Source: an uncultured Planctomycetaceae bacterium | Lineage (GTDB): Bacteria; Planctomycetota; Planctomycetia; Planctomycetales; Planctomycetaceae | Length of the DNA stretch: 64,000 bases | Direction: 5' to 3' | Assembly (NCBI GenBank): GCA_963976765.1 | Contig: CAXBME010000010.1 | Coordinates: forward strand, 1-64,000 | Shown here: positions 41,039-51,590 of the stretch, one piece after another | Layout of the letters: every line of letters starts with the position of its first letter | How positions within the stretch are numbered: position 1 is the first letter of the stretch | Program-made: the position numbers and the translations under genes | The notes under the pieces: generated by a model | Told to the model about the DNA's origin: nothing | The model's database searches: none | What the model saw: only the letters and a program-made list of their open reading frames with translations

Positions 41039-42429
41039 AGGAGGCCGGGGATAGGTTGCCACTCGCCAGCGACTCGCGCGACTTCAGGCGGGACTCCCTG
41101 AGCGATCCGCAGTTCGGCGACGTCAAACAACGTGTGCATGATTGTGGCGATTAAGTTTGAGTTTCGCATCGGAGTGGTCAATGGCTCACCCGCGTTGCGA
41201 GTCGACTGGCCGATCACCTGCCCTGAACTGATGCCGCCTCCGGCCAGCAACAGCGGTGACAGGTTGCCCCAGTGGTCACGTCCTCCGCGAGCGTTGATGC
41301 GCGGTGTGCGACCCATTTCGCCACAGCAGACCAATAGAATTTTGTCGCTGAGTCCGCGAGATTCGACGTCGTCCAGAAATGCCGACACAGCATGATCGAA
41401 TGGCGAACCCATGTAACGCATGCCTTCTTCGACGCCTGCGTTGTTCACGTCCGAGTGCATATCCCACACGAAGTTTGTTGTCACCGTGACGAAGCCCGTT
41501 CCCGCTTCGCACAGTCGCCGAGCCATCAGCATCAGCTTGCCGAGTGCCTTTCCGTTGTCGACGTAGCGTTCGTAATTCTTCCAGTGTCGGCTGATATCTG
41601 AAGGCCGCATCAGCGAAGCCGTGTCATATCGCGCGACCGTCGCGGGGTCTTCTTTTGAAAGATCGAACGCGTCAGCGACCCCACCGAGTATTGTCGAGAA
41701 AGCCTGCTCGCGAACCTTCTCGATGCCACCAGCGCGACCAACGTTTTCAAGTGCCCATTTCACGTCGTCGAGATTCGTCAACAATGACCGACGATCTCCG
41801 AGCCGGTCGATTGGCAGATTGAGTTTGAGATTCTTCTGAGCGTCTCCGTCGGCGCCTGGTATGAATGGTGCGTAGACGCTGCCGAAGTTGCCGACCGATT
41901 CGAACTTCCCGAAGTTCGAGATGCGCGTCATCGTTGAATCGTCAACCGCCTTCGGAAACAGAGCGACGTTTGTCGGCATGCCATTGTCAGGTCGATTGGT
42001 CCCGGCAATGCGCGAATAGATCGTTCCGATGTTCGCGTCGAACGAATCCTTACCCACGATCGGTTTGATGTCGTGCCGGCTGTCACCCGTTTGAAACGAA
42101 CGAACAATCGAGAACCTGTCGGCTCGCGCAGCCAGTTGCGGCATCGTTCCGCCGAATGTGATGCCCGGCAGCTTTGTAGAAAGTTCGCCGGTCGCGCTGC
42201 GGATTTCGGAAGGCGCTTCCATTTTTGGATCGAACGTCTCGATCTGACTCGGTCCGCCATGCATGAAGAGGAAGACAACCGACCGACCCGTTGTCAGTGG
42301 ATTGCCGCCCGCAGCTTGCGCGTTCGTTCGCAGAAGATCGGCCAGCGAAAGACCGCCGAGCCCGAGCCCCCCAATGCGTAAGAACTCTCGTCTGCCAAAT
42401 GGTTTGCTGAAATCGCCAACGCTGAGCAT
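41035..42429 (-). CDS. DUF1501 family protein
   Basis: RREFLRIGGLG leader, GGPSQIETFDPK, WDMH, GEMGRTP and GRDHWG. Confidence 0.92.
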   Translation of the reverse strand: MLSVGDFSKPFGRREFLRIGGLGLGGLSLADLLRTNAQAAGGNPLTTGRSVVFLFMHGGPSQIETFDPKMEAPSEIRSATGELSTKLPGITFGGTMPQLAARADRFSIVRSFQTGDSRHDIKPIVGKDSFDANIGTIYSRIAGTNRPDNGMPTNVALFPKAVDDSTMTRISNFGKFESVGNFGSVYAPFIPGADGDAQKNLKLNLPIDRLGDRRSLLTNLDDVKWALENVGRAGGIEKVREQAFSTILGGVADAFDLSKEDPATVARYDTASLMRPSDISRHWKNYERYVDNGKALGKLMLMARRLCEAGTGFVTVTTNFVWDMHSDVNNAGVEEGMRYMGSPFDHAVSAFLDDVESRGLSDKILLVCCGEMGRTPRINARGGRDHWGNLSPLLLAGGGISSGQVIGQSTRNAGEPLTTPMRNSNLIATIMHTLFDVAELRIAQGVPPEVARVAGEWQPIPGLL

Positions 42430-42621
42430 CTTCGAGACTCCTCACCAACCCGCGGTTAAAACGCTTTCCGCAACCACTCTTTCATATCGATCGGCACCGA
42501 TCCAGACAACTGCCGAAATAGTCGATAAGAAACTTCAGATCCCTCTCACCCGCAGCTGAGATCACGACCTTTCCTCAAAGGAGAGAAGTACCAGGCAGGG
42601 TTGGCGATCGTGTTTGCCTGA

Positions 42622-45435
42622 CTATTCGAGAGATTCATTCTCAAGCTGCTCCGCGATCTCCCGTTCTCTTGCAGCTTTCTCGTTTCGGCCTTCGTGATCG
42701 TGGAGCTTTGCGAGAATGCGGTGCGTTGCTGAATCGGTCACGTCGATCTGTAACGCTTCCTTCGCCCAGCGACCGGCCTCGACAACGTTGCCTTTGTCGT
42801 CGGCGAGCTGCGCCAGTTTCCTTCTGACGACGGGGTTGTCGCCGTCAAGATTCGCAATCGACACCAGCACGTCCTTCAGTTTGTCCTCTTCTTTAAGCTG
42901 GATGTAGGCAGCGGCCAGACCCTTGAGCCACTCTGCCGATTGCGGCAGATAAGATTGATCAATTTTGAATTTCTTTCGACCGAGTTCGTACAACCTGGCG
43001 GCTTCTTCCGGCTGAGCCTGTACGAGTCGAAGTTTCGCCAGCAGCCCGAGGACGTCAGTATTTGGCTGCTCTTCATCAAAGGCTGCTTCAAGAAACACAA
43101 CGGCCTCGTCGACATTGCTGGCCAGCAGTTCCAGTTCGGCCAGCACGACGGCCGCCAGTGGTTCATGAGGATTCTTCTCGAAAGCCTGTTCGGCCAGTTC
43201 TCGCGCCTGCCGACGACGATTGGCCTTAAAAAGTGCCTGTGCGAACGCTGCCATCGTTGCTGGATTGTCGGGTTGGGCGTTGAATTCCTTCTCAAGATCG
43301 GCGATCGACTTTGGCGTTTCAGATACAGAGCCTCCAAGTTCTTCTTTGACAATTCGCTTCAGAAAGTCTCGATAGCCGGCGTCGAACTTTTCCACCGTCA
43401 TGTCAAAGACCTGCGGGATCGCATCGTTCGTGCGGACGTTTTTGCGGTATAGATCGAGCATTCTGCTGATCGTTTCTTTGCCGAACTTTTCGATCATGTA
43501 CTGCGCGTAAAGCCGGCTCTGGCAATAAGCGAACTGCCAGTCTGTCGGGGTTTCGGGTCGAACGAAAACGCCGGTCAGTTCATCGAGACTCCACAGCTCG
43601 CCGCGCGGAACCCGTTCCAGCAGCATGCGGTTCCACTCGGCTGGCCGTTCGATGCCTTCGCTGGTGACTGCCAGCGCTTCGGTGAACCAGTGCGGAATAT
43701 TGAAATGCGTCTGCTGCAAAGTCAGTACATGGACGAACTCGTGCTTCACGACGCGAGCCCAGTTATACGGTTGCGGCGACGCGGTCGGCGACGCGAGCGC
43801 GACCATCATGCCGGTCGACGCTCCGATCGTCTGGATCCACGGCAGTCCGACCATTCTCGCGCTGAACCACTGATGCGCGGTGAGCCCTTTTGCGTTGTGG
43901 TAAATTTCGAAGACGCTGCGCTGAGGCGGTTCGTAGCCGTAAAGCTCAACCAGTTCGGGATAGACCTCTTCGAGATACTCGGCCATGTACTCGCCGAGAA
44001 TTCTGTCTGCCTGCGAGTCGACTCGGATAACGAAGTGGTCGGTCGTGATGGTCTCGTAGCCGCTGAGCACGCCCAGCACTTTTCGCATATTGCTGACTCG
44101 GACATGGTACGGGTCGGCTTTGAAGGCGTCGTCAAGTAACGGCTCGGCTTGATCGGAACGACCGGTCTGCATGTAGAGCATGCCGAGTGACGTCTTCGGC
44201 TGAGAAAGCTGCGGCATGACTCGAATGGCGTGCTGATAAAGCTTCTCGGCCATTGAATACTTGCGGCGTGACTCCAGCGTGTCGGCAAAGGCGTTGAGAA
44301 AAACTCCCGGCTTCGAATTTCTCGTCGCGACATCGAGCATCAGCTTCTCCAGTCGAGATGGTTCTTTCACTTCGACCTGTTCGATGGAGTCGAGATTGGC
44401 GAGCAACTCCAGCAACCGCCGGTCTGCTTCACCGCCCGGTTGAACATCGAGCAGGTAGAACGTCGCCGCCAGCCGTCCGAGCGTTTCTGAGTCGAAGGGA
44501 TTGGTCTTTCGGGCTTCTTCCAGAGCAAGCAGCGCGGCATCAGGCGATTGTCGATTCAACGCGATGTCAGCCATCAGCCGCAGCGTCGGCACGTAGTTGT
44601 CCTGAACTTTGAGAGCCTGCTCGGCGTATGTCAGCGCCGCTTCGACATCATGCTTCTGCAAGGCCGCTTCGCCCAGAGCCACGATCACCGCGACCGCTCG
44701 CGGATTGATCTCCAAAGCCTTCTTCAGGTCGGGCAGTGCCTGAGCGCGATTGTACTTTTCCAGCAGCAGAGAACCGGACACCAGATGCGTCTGCCAGGAC
44801 AGCGGGTCATCTTTCAGCGCGTCGACGCAAAGCGTGTTGATAATAAAGTTGAAGATGCTGGAGTTGCTGTTCCACCGAGCGTATTCGCCGGCCCCCTCGG
44901 CGACGAGGAGTAACGTTTCAGCGTCGGTCGGCTGTTTGCGATTGTAAAAGCGAACGAACCATCGGAATTCCTCGTTGGCCTTTTTGAGATCACCAGCTTC
45001 GGTGGCCAGTCGGGCAAGTATCAGATGGGCCAACGGCTGATCGACGTCCGCCTTTAAAGCCGCTTCGCACGACGCCGCAGCTTCTTCGAAACGCCCGATC
45101 GAAAACTGAAGTCGTGCGGCCTCGGCCAGAACGACCGGCGATGACCTGGCGATTTCTGTCAGGCGAGCGAGCGCCTCTTTGTATTCTCCCTGGCTTTCCA
45201 GAGATCGGCTCAAGCCAATGGTCGCTGCTGATGTCGCATGCTCGTTCTTGCTCTTGAGGATTTCTGTGAAAGCCTCTGCCGCTTCTTCATACCGACCTCG
45301 TTGCAGATGCTCGGTCGCGTTGGCAAGGTTCGACGTTTCATCAGCATCAGCCAGCTCCACTGCAGAGAGCGAAGCAGCACCGACAGCAATAACGAGTGCG
45401 ACGATACGAGTCTCACTCAGAAATCGTACGCCCAT
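42622..45435 (-). CDS. Secreted TPR-repeat protein with central gluzincin (peptidase MA-like) domain
   Basis: Signal peptide, many TPRs, HEFVH (HExxH) followed by PHWFTEALA (third Zn ligand Glu) and AYCQS. Confidence 0.88.
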   Translation of the reverse strand: MGVRFLSETRIVALVIAVGAASLSAVELADADETSNLANATEHLQRGRYEEAAEAFTEILKSKNEHATSAATIGLSRSLESQGEYKEALARLTEIARSSPVVLAEAARLQFSIGRFEEAAASCEAALKADVDQPLAHLILARLATEAGDLKKANEEFRWFVRFYNRKQPTDAETLLLVAEGAGEYARWNSNSSIFNFIINTLCVDALKDDPLSWQTHLVSGSLLLEKYNRAQALPDLKKALEINPRAVAVIVALGEAALQKHDVEAALTYAEQALKVQDNYVPTLRLMADIALNRQSPDAALLALEEARKTNPFDSETLGRLAATFYLLDVQPGGEADRRLLELLANLDSIEQVEVKEPSRLEKLMLDVATRNSKPGVFLNAFADTLESRRKYSMAEKLYQHAIRVMPQLSQPKTSLGMLYMQTGRSDQAEPLLDDAFKADPYHVRVSNMRKVLGVLSGYETITTDHFVIRVDSQADRILGEYMAEYLEEVYPELVELYGYEPPQRSVFEIYHNAKGLTAHQWFSARMVGLPWIQTIGASTGMMVALASPTASPQPYNWARVVKHEFVHVLTLQQTHFNIPHWFTEALAVTSEGIERPAEWNRMLLERVPRGELWSLDELTGVFVRPETPTDWQFAYCQSRLYAQYMIEKFGKETISRMLDLYRKNVRTNDAIPQVFDMTVEKFDAGYRDFLKRIVKEELGGSVSETPKSIADLEKEFNAQPDNPATMAAFAQALFKANRRRQARELAEQAFEKNPHEPLAAVVLAELELLASNVDEAVVFLEAAFDEEQPNTDVLGLLAKLRLVQAQPEEAARLYELGRKKFKIDQSYLPQSAEWLKGLAAAYIQLKEEDKLKDVLVSIANLDGDNPVVRRKLAQLADDKGNVVEAGRWAKEALQIDVTDSATHRILAKLHDHEGRNEKAAREREIAEQLENESLE

Positions 45436-45696
45436 GAATGCTCTTCCTTTGAACGATCGCGAACTCAACATCGACTGGAACAGGTTCTAAGCAGCTCCGG
45501 AAATCCGACGGGATTTGACTCTGTGTTGCCGGAACTTCACAGGAATTGCTTCAGCTTACTGAACTGTTCAGCGGAAACATCGAAAATGATGACGCGTCGG
45601 TGATAGCCGCGAAACTGTGTTTCATACCGAAGTCGGATTATCCTTGCTGTCAGTCTGCGGGAGTGTTTCCGCAGAAGCTCTCAACGAAGAAAACCA

Positions 45697-48558
45697 ATGG
45701 GTTTCCGCATGCAACAGAAGCACGATTTCTCCCAAGCCATCGCGCGACGAATGATTCTGCTGATTGCTGGTGCGAGCGCCATGAGCATCAGCAGTCTGGC
45801 TGCAAACGCCGCAGACAAAGTGGCGCCGGACTACCTCAAGCAGATCGCTCCCATCTTCCAGAAACATTGCGTTGGCTGTCACAACGCGGGCGACGCGGAA
45901 GGCAGGCTGTCGCTGGATTCGTACGCCGATCTGCAGAAGGGCGGAAAGCACGGACCGTCGTTTCAGCCGGGCGACGTGGCTTCCAGTCGGCTGCTCCAAC
46001 TGGTGACCGGCAACGCCAAACCGGTCATGCCGCCCGGGGATGAAGAACGACTCACGAAGGAAGAGATCGCACTACTGACCGTATGGATTGAAACCGGGGC
46101 TCAAGGGCCCGACGGAAAAGAACCGGCTCGACACACGTTGATGGTTCCGAAAATCGCACCGGCTGCAACCAAAGAAGGCCCAATTGCTGCAGTGGCCATC
46201 TCACCTGACGGAAGCCGGATTGCGGTCGCGCGATTTGGCTCGGTCGAGATTCTTGACGCGGCCTCGATGAAAGTCGTGCGGAAGCTGACAGACTTTCCTG
46301 GCAAAGTGAACTCCGTCGAATTTTCAACGGACGGAGCGAGGATTATTGCCGGGTCGGGGATCGCGGGGTTGTACGGGCAGGCCAGCATCTGGACGGTTGC
46401 TGACGGTAAACGCACGGCGATGTTCGAAGGCCATCGCGACACCATGTACGATGCGGCGATGAATCGCGACCAGTCGATTCTGGCGACATGCAGCTACGAC
46501 CGGAAAATTATTCTCTGGGACATGGCCTCCGGAAAAAAACTCCGCACACTGACCGGTCACAACGGCGCGGTCTTTGACCTCGACTTCAGCCCGGATGGAA
46601 CGATCGTCGCCAGCGCGAGTGCCGATCAGACAGTCAAGCTGTGGCAGGTGACGACGGGCGAACGGCTCGACACGCTCAGCCAGCCGCTGAAAGATCAGTA
46701 TGTCGTTCGGTTCTCACCAGATGGTCGGCACGTCATCGCTGGCGGTCTGGATAATCGCATCCGAGTGTGGAAAGTCATTTCGAAAACCAAGCCGCAGATC
46801 AACCCGCTGGTCTATTCAAGAATCGCCGCCGAGGGTTCGATCATTCAACTCGACTTCAGCCCGGACGGTTCCCGACTGGTTTCGATCGCCGACGACCAGA
46901 CAATAAAGCTGTGGGACACAGCCGAGTACACGCAGCGGTTCGCCTTTGAAGCTCAACCGTCTGTGACCCCGGCACTGACGGTCGCTCCGAACGGCAAATC
47001 ACTCGTCGTTGGCCGAATCGACGGCACCTTGCAGAAGTACAATTTCGACACTTCGTTAACCGGAGCGACGACCGATCGGCACTCACAGCTGGTCACCATC
47101 TTTCCAACAACGGATAAACCGTCACAAGCTGTCGACGAGATCGAGCCCAATGACAACGTCGCTCAGGCAGCAGTCGTTGAGATTCCCGCGACGATTAAAG
47201 GCGTCATCAATCCACAAGCTGGCAACTCACCGGCGGCGGCAGTTGATGTCGACATGTTCCGTTTCTCAGCCGGCGCTGGCGAGGCGTGGGTTTTTGAGGT
47301 CAACGCTGCCCGAAGCAAGTCGCCGCTGGATTCGAACATTGAAATCCTCGACGCCGACGGGAACCGCATCGAACGAGTCCGACTTCAGGCCGTGCGGGAT
47401 TCATACATTACGTTTCGCGGTATTGATTCGAACACGCGAGACTGCCGGCTCCACAACTGGGAAGAGATGGACGTCAACCAGTTGCTGTATCTGAACGGCG
47501 AAGTCGTGCAGCTCTGGCTGTGGCCTCGAGGCCCCGATTCCGGGTTCCAGTTTTATCCTCAGAACGGTAACCGCACGACATTGTTCGACACGACGGCGAA
47601 TTCGCACGCGCTCCAGGAGCCGTGTTACATCGTCGAGCCGCATCCGCCGGGCACCGAACTTATCCCAAACGGGCTGCCGACTTTTCCGATCTACTACGAA
47701 AACGACGACGATGCGTTGCGTCAACTGGGTAGCGATTCGCGGCTGACCTTCACCGCTCCAGCGAAGGGCGACTATTTCGTCCGCATTTCCGACGTGCGAG
47801 GCGCCAGTGGTGCAGACTTCAAGTACGAACTGACGGCGAGGCCGGCAAAGCTCGATTTCAACGTTCAGCTTCAGGGCGACAAGCCGTCGGTCCAGGCCGG
47901 CAGCGGCAAGGAATTCAAGTTGATGGCAAACCGCCTCGACGGCTTCGATGGCGAAATTCAGATTGCCGTTGAGCAGGTGCCGATCGGCTTTGAGATTTCG
48001 CAACCACTGGTCATCGAAGCCGGGCAGTTCTTCGCTTACGCAACGATCAATGCCGCTGCGGGTGCCAAAGAGCCAGCTCCGGAAGATGTCAGCAAGATCA
48101 GGTTCACTGCCACGGCAATGGTTAACGGTAAAGAAGTGACGAAAGACGCGGGCGGCTTTGCGGAAGTGAAGCTGGCAGCGGCTCCGAAAATTCTCGTCGC
48201 GATCGGGCCGGACAATGTCGACGCGGGCGATGTCGAAGTGCCTGAATTCGGGAAACCCAATCCACTGGAACTGACAATCGCTCCCGGAGAAACCATCACG
48301 GCGCGCGTCCACATCGAACGGAACAAGTACGACGGTCGAGTCGGTTTCGAAGCGATCGATCACAATCTTCCGCATGGAATCATCGTCGACAACATTGGAC
48401 TAAGCGGGCTGTTGATCGTCGAAGGGAAGACTCAGCGGCAATTCTTCCTCACCGCTGCCAACTGGGTGCCTGAGCAGACGCGGGTGTTTCACCTGCGCAG
48501 TAAGGAAGAAGGCGGCCAGACTTCCTGGCCAATTACTCTGCATGTGCGACGCAAATAA
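45697..48558 (+). CDS. Planctomycete cytochrome c + WD40 repeats + pre-peptidase C-terminal (PPC)-like domains
   Basis: CVGCH haem motif with MPP ligand, WD40 repeats (GHNGAVFDLDFSPDG...VKLW), EIEPNDN and NDD...GSDSRL motifs. Confidence 0.9.
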   Translation: MGFRMQQKHDFSQAIARRMILLIAGASAMSISSLAANAADKVAPDYLKQIAPIFQKHCVGCHNAGDAEGRLSLDSYADLQKGGKHGPSFQPGDVASSRLLQLVTGNAKPVMPPGDEERLTKEEIALLTVWIETGAQGPDGKEPARHTLMVPKIAPAATKEGPIAAVAISPDGSRIAVARFGSVEILDAASMKVVRKLTDFPGKVNSVEFSTDGARIIAGSGIAGLYGQASIWTVADGKRTAMFEGHRDTMYDAAMNRDQSILATCSYDRKIILWDMASGKKLRTLTGHNGAVFDLDFSPDGTIVASASADQTVKLWQVTTGERLDTLSQPLKDQYVVRFSPDGRHVIAGGLDNRIRVWKVISKTKPQINPLVYSRIAAEGSIIQLDFSPDGSRLVSIADDQTIKLWDTAEYTQRFAFEAQPSVTPALTVAPNGKSLVVGRIDGTLQKYNFDTSLTGATTDRHSQLVTIFPTTDKPSQAVDEIEPNDNVAQAAVVEIPATIKGVINPQAGNSPAAAVDVDMFRFSAGAGEAWVFEVNAARSKSPLDSNIEILDADGNRIERVRLQAVRDSYITFRGIDSNTRDCRLHNWEEMDVNQLLYLNGEVVQLWLWPRGPDSGFQFYPQNGNRTTLFDTTANSHALQEPCYIVEPHPPGTELIPNGLPTFPIYYENDDDALRQLGSDSRLTFTAPAKGDYFVRISDVRGASGADFKYELTARPAKLDFNVQLQGDKPSVQAGSGKEFKLMANRLDGFDGEIQIAVEQVPIGFEISQPLVIEAGQFFAYATINAAAGAKEPAPEDVSKIRFTATAMVNGKEVTKDAGGFAEVKLAAAPKILVAIGPDNVDAGDVEVPEFGKPNPLELTIAPGETITARVHIERNKYDGRVGFEAIDHNLPHGIIVDNIGLSGLLIVEGKTQRQFFLTAANWVPEQTRVFHLRSKEEGGQTSWPITLHVRRK

Positions 48559-48573
48559 CGAACGGAATCGTTG

Positions 48574-49245
48574 ATGACAAACCTGACAGAATCTCAGCAG
48601 CAACTTGTTGACCGCACCGCCGCTTTCGTACGCAGTCAGATGGAGGGCGATTCGTCCGGGCACGACTGGTGGCATGTCTGGCGAGTCTGGCAGAACTCGT
48701 TGTTTATCTCGCGCAACGAAAACGCGAATCGCTTCGTGACGGAACTCGCCGCGCTACTGCACGACATTGCCGACTGGAAGTTTCACGACGGAGACGATTC
48801 AGCCGGTCCCAAAGCGGCGCGAGCGTGGCTGAGCGAACAATCGATCGACGTGTCGGCGATTAATCACGTCTGCGACATCGTCGCGACCGTTTCGTTCAAA
48901 GGAGCTGGCGTCGAGACTCCCATGGCAACGCTCGAAGGAAAGATCGTCCAGGACGCCGACCGGCTGGAAGCGATTGGCGCGATCGGCATTGCCAGATGTT
49001 TCGCGTTTGGTGGTGCGAAAGGTCGGCTGATGCACGATCCGGAAGATCCGCCCGAACTGCACGCGTCGTTCGAGGACTACAAGAAGAAGTCCGGCCCGTC
49101 GATCAACCACTTCTACGAAAAGCTGTTGCTGCTGAAGGATCGGATGAATACAGAAACAGGTCGGACACTCGCCGCCCAGCGTCATCAGGTGCTGGAAGAT
49201 TTCCTCAGGCAGTTTCACGCTGAGTGGAATATCGCCGCGACGTGA
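48574..49245 (+). CDS. HD-domain phosphohydrolase (YedJ-like)
   Basis: GHDWWHVWRV, ALLHDIAD, VQDADRLEAIGAIGIAR and HFYEKLL. Confidence 0.92.
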   Translation: MTNLTESQQQLVDRTAAFVRSQMEGDSSGHDWWHVWRVWQNSLFISRNENANRFVTELAALLHDIADWKFHDGDDSAGPKAARAWLSEQSIDVSAINHVCDIVATVSFKGAGVETPMATLEGKIVQDADRLEAIGAIGIARCFAFGGAKGRLMHDPEDPPELHASFEDYKKKSGPSINHFYEKLLLLKDRMNTETGRTLAAQRHQVLEDFLRQFHAEWNIAAT

Positions 49246-49248
49246 TCG

Positions 49249-51459
49249 TCACTTGTTACCGGTTTTCTTCCTGGCTTCTGTGAAACGTTCACCGAGCGTC
49301 CAGGCCATTTTGGGAATCAGTTTTGACTCGGCGACTTTGATCACCGTTCCGACCCCTCGCTTTGGCGACCCGATGCATAGTCCATCGCAGTCTTCGTACG
49401 TCATCGCCCCGCTGATTGCCTCGTCAGTGACCAATGGTTGGGCCGCTCCCATTGCGACAATCAGGCCCTGCATCTGCATTGTTTTCCGAAGTTGCTGCTG
49501 AAGCTGATTTCCGGTCGGGGTGCCGCCCTTAAACTTCCAGGTCGCGTCACCAGTCATCAGAACGATGGAGAAGTAGTCTTCCTCGCGGGCTTCGGCCAGC
49601 GTCTGTTTGACGTAGACGGAGCCGTTCCTGCCAGACTTATCGTGACGGGATTGAAGCTTGCCGGATTGGTCAGATGTGATCGTTGCTTCGAAACCGTGCT
49701 TCTTCAGATGATCAAGAGTGATGTTGAGTTCGCTCTGGTCGTAGTTTTTGTCAGCCAGCACGACGAGCACTTTTCTGGGCAGTACGCTTCGGCCCGGTGT
49801 TGGTTTCTGCGATCGATACTCGGTCTGCGGCTTGTCGCTGCGAGTTGTTTCCGAGCTTTCTTTGTTTCCTGTCAGAGCTTCCGGAATTCCACCGACCGCT
49901 CCGATGAAGTTAAAGGTGGCGTCTTCACGCGAAGATTCTGTCTCTGAGACATTCCTGTCAGTGACTGGTTCTGCCGGAGCGGCTGTCACTGCAGCGTGGA
50001 CAGCGAATCCAGCCATCAGAATGGCGGCAGCGGGGATCGAGGCCAATGCTGGTTTGGCTTTCACTCGATCAACCAGGTCCGACCACGGTGCAGCCTGTGC
50101 CGATGGGCGGCGACCAGCGATGCACGCATCCAGATCCTCACCCAACTGTTTCATGGTCTGATATCGGTCGTCTGGATTTCTCGCAACCATTTTCTGGAAA
50201 ACAGCGTCGAGTCCAGCCGGCACCTCAGGAGCTTTTTCTCGAAGCTTCGGCACGGGTTGCTCGCGGTGCGCGATAATCTTTTCCATCAATGTCTCACCGG
50301 CAAACATCGTCGTACCGGTCAGCAGGAAGTACATTGTGCAGCCGAGACTGTAGATGTCTGACCGGGCGTCCGCATGTCGGCTGTTAAGAGCCTGCTCGGG
50401 CGACATGTAGTCGACCGTACCCATAATGACGCCGCTGGCTGTCATGGATGCTCGCGTCGTAGAGTCCGTCTGGCTATCGAGCAGCGGTTCGAATCGTGCG
50501 AGCCCCATGTCCAGAACTTTCAGTTGCCCGGCGTCGTCGCCGAATTCGGCAACCAACAGATTGTGCGGCTTGATATCACGGTGCGTGACACCCTGGTCAT
50601 GGGCATATTCCAGAGCCGACGCCGTCTGCCGCATGATCTTCAGGGCATCCTTAACCGGAAGCGGCCCGTCTTCTTTCACACGTCGAGACAGGTCGCGACC
50701 GTGAACAAACTCCATGACCAGAAACTGAATGCCTTCCGCTTCGTCCGCATCGTGGGCGACGACAAAGTTCGGATGACTGAGTGCCGAGTGAGTCTTGATT
50801 TCCCGCCGAAACCGTTCCACGATTTCCGGCGACCGTCGACCCGATGACCGCAATACCTTCAGGCAAACCGTTCTACCCATGCGGTCATGGCGAGCTTTAT
50901 AGACCTGCCCCATGCCACCTTTGCCGAGCTTTTCGACGATGACATAGTTGCCCAGAACCAGCCCCTTCCATCGTCCTCGTGAAAGCGCTCGAGCCTGGTA
51001 CGCGGTCAGAGCATCCTGCTCGACCAGCTCTTTGGCGAACGAGTCCAGATCTTCAGCCTCGCTGGTGACGACGAGCCGGTGCAGTTCTCTCTCGCCGATC
51101 AGGCCGCTCTTTCGCAGACCGTCGATGAACGTTTCGAGATCCTTGCGTTTCGGTTTAGATCGAAGTGGCGAATCGTCCAGCGACTCGGCGTCAGCGAATT
51201 CCGGACTTGGCGAACTTCCAGCATTAAGCGCTTCGGTGATCAGTCGAGCGAGTTGTGGTTCATCGTTCTTCGAAGCGGCAACGGCTCCCCGACGAACAGC
51301 TCCGATCAGGCTGTCGGTTTCGTTGGCCATTTCGTCAGACCGCTGCTGACAACGATCACAAACGGCCAGATGTTCGGCGATTTCTTCGGCTTTGGATTCG
51401 TCCAAAGCGCCCGAAACATATCGATTCAAAGTGATGACATTGGGACAGGCGGGTCTCAT
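49249..51459 (-). CDS. Membrane Ser/Thr protein kinase with N-terminal zf-HC2-like and C-terminal DJ-1/PfpI-like domains
   Basis: HLAVCDRC, LGKGGMGQVY, HRDIKPHN, DMG, YMSPEQ and DIYSLG; TM; C-terminal KVLVVLAD flavodoxin-like pattern; GGAG RBS before ATG 51459. Confidence 0.9.
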   Translation of the reverse strand: MRPACPNVITLNRYVSGALDESKAEEIAEHLAVCDRCQQRSDEMANETDSLIGAVRRGAVAASKNDEPQLARLITEALNAGSSPSPEFADAESLDDSPLRSKPKRKDLETFIDGLRKSGLIGERELHRLVVTSEAEDLDSFAKELVEQDALTAYQARALSRGRWKGLVLGNYVIVEKLGKGGMGQVYKARHDRMGRTVCLKVLRSSGRRSPEIVERFRREIKTHSALSHPNFVVAHDADEAEGIQFLVMEFVHGRDLSRRVKEDGPLPVKDALKIMRQTASALEYAHDQGVTHRDIKPHNLLVAEFGDDAGQLKVLDMGLARFEPLLDSQTDSTTRASMTASGVIMGTVDYMSPEQALNSRHADARSDIYSLGCTMYFLLTGTTMFAGETLMEKIIAHREQPVPKLREKAPEVPAGLDAVFQKMVARNPDDRYQTMKQLGEDLDACIAGRRPSAQAAPWSDLVDRVKAKPALASIPAAAILMAGFAVHAAVTAAPAEPVTDRNVSETESSREDATFNFIGAVGGIPEALTGNKESSETTRSDKPQTEYRSQKPTPGRSVLPRKVLVVLADKNYDQSELNITLDHLKKHGFEATITSDQSGKLQSRHDKSGRNGSVYVKQTLAEAREEDYFSIVLMTGDATWKFKGGTPTGNQLQQQLRKTMQMQGLIVAMGAAQPLVTDEAISGAMTYEDCDGLCIGSPKRGVGTVIKVAESKLIPKMAWTLGERFTEARKKTGNK

Positions 51460-51590
51460 GGAGACGCTCCCGGATACGACGTTGACGTGTGTGCTCAATC
51501 AGAATGGCACTGGTGACTTACGAACGCAACGCTATAACGCCGATTGGTTGTGGTGGAAATTTTGTCAACATTGTTCGAAGAGGCCGTTCA

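Noticed and set aside
42541..42588. CCCTCTCACCC...GGAGAG segment resembling another intergenic palindrome class
   Set aside because: Single, highly degenerate copy in the window; cannot be supported as a repeat
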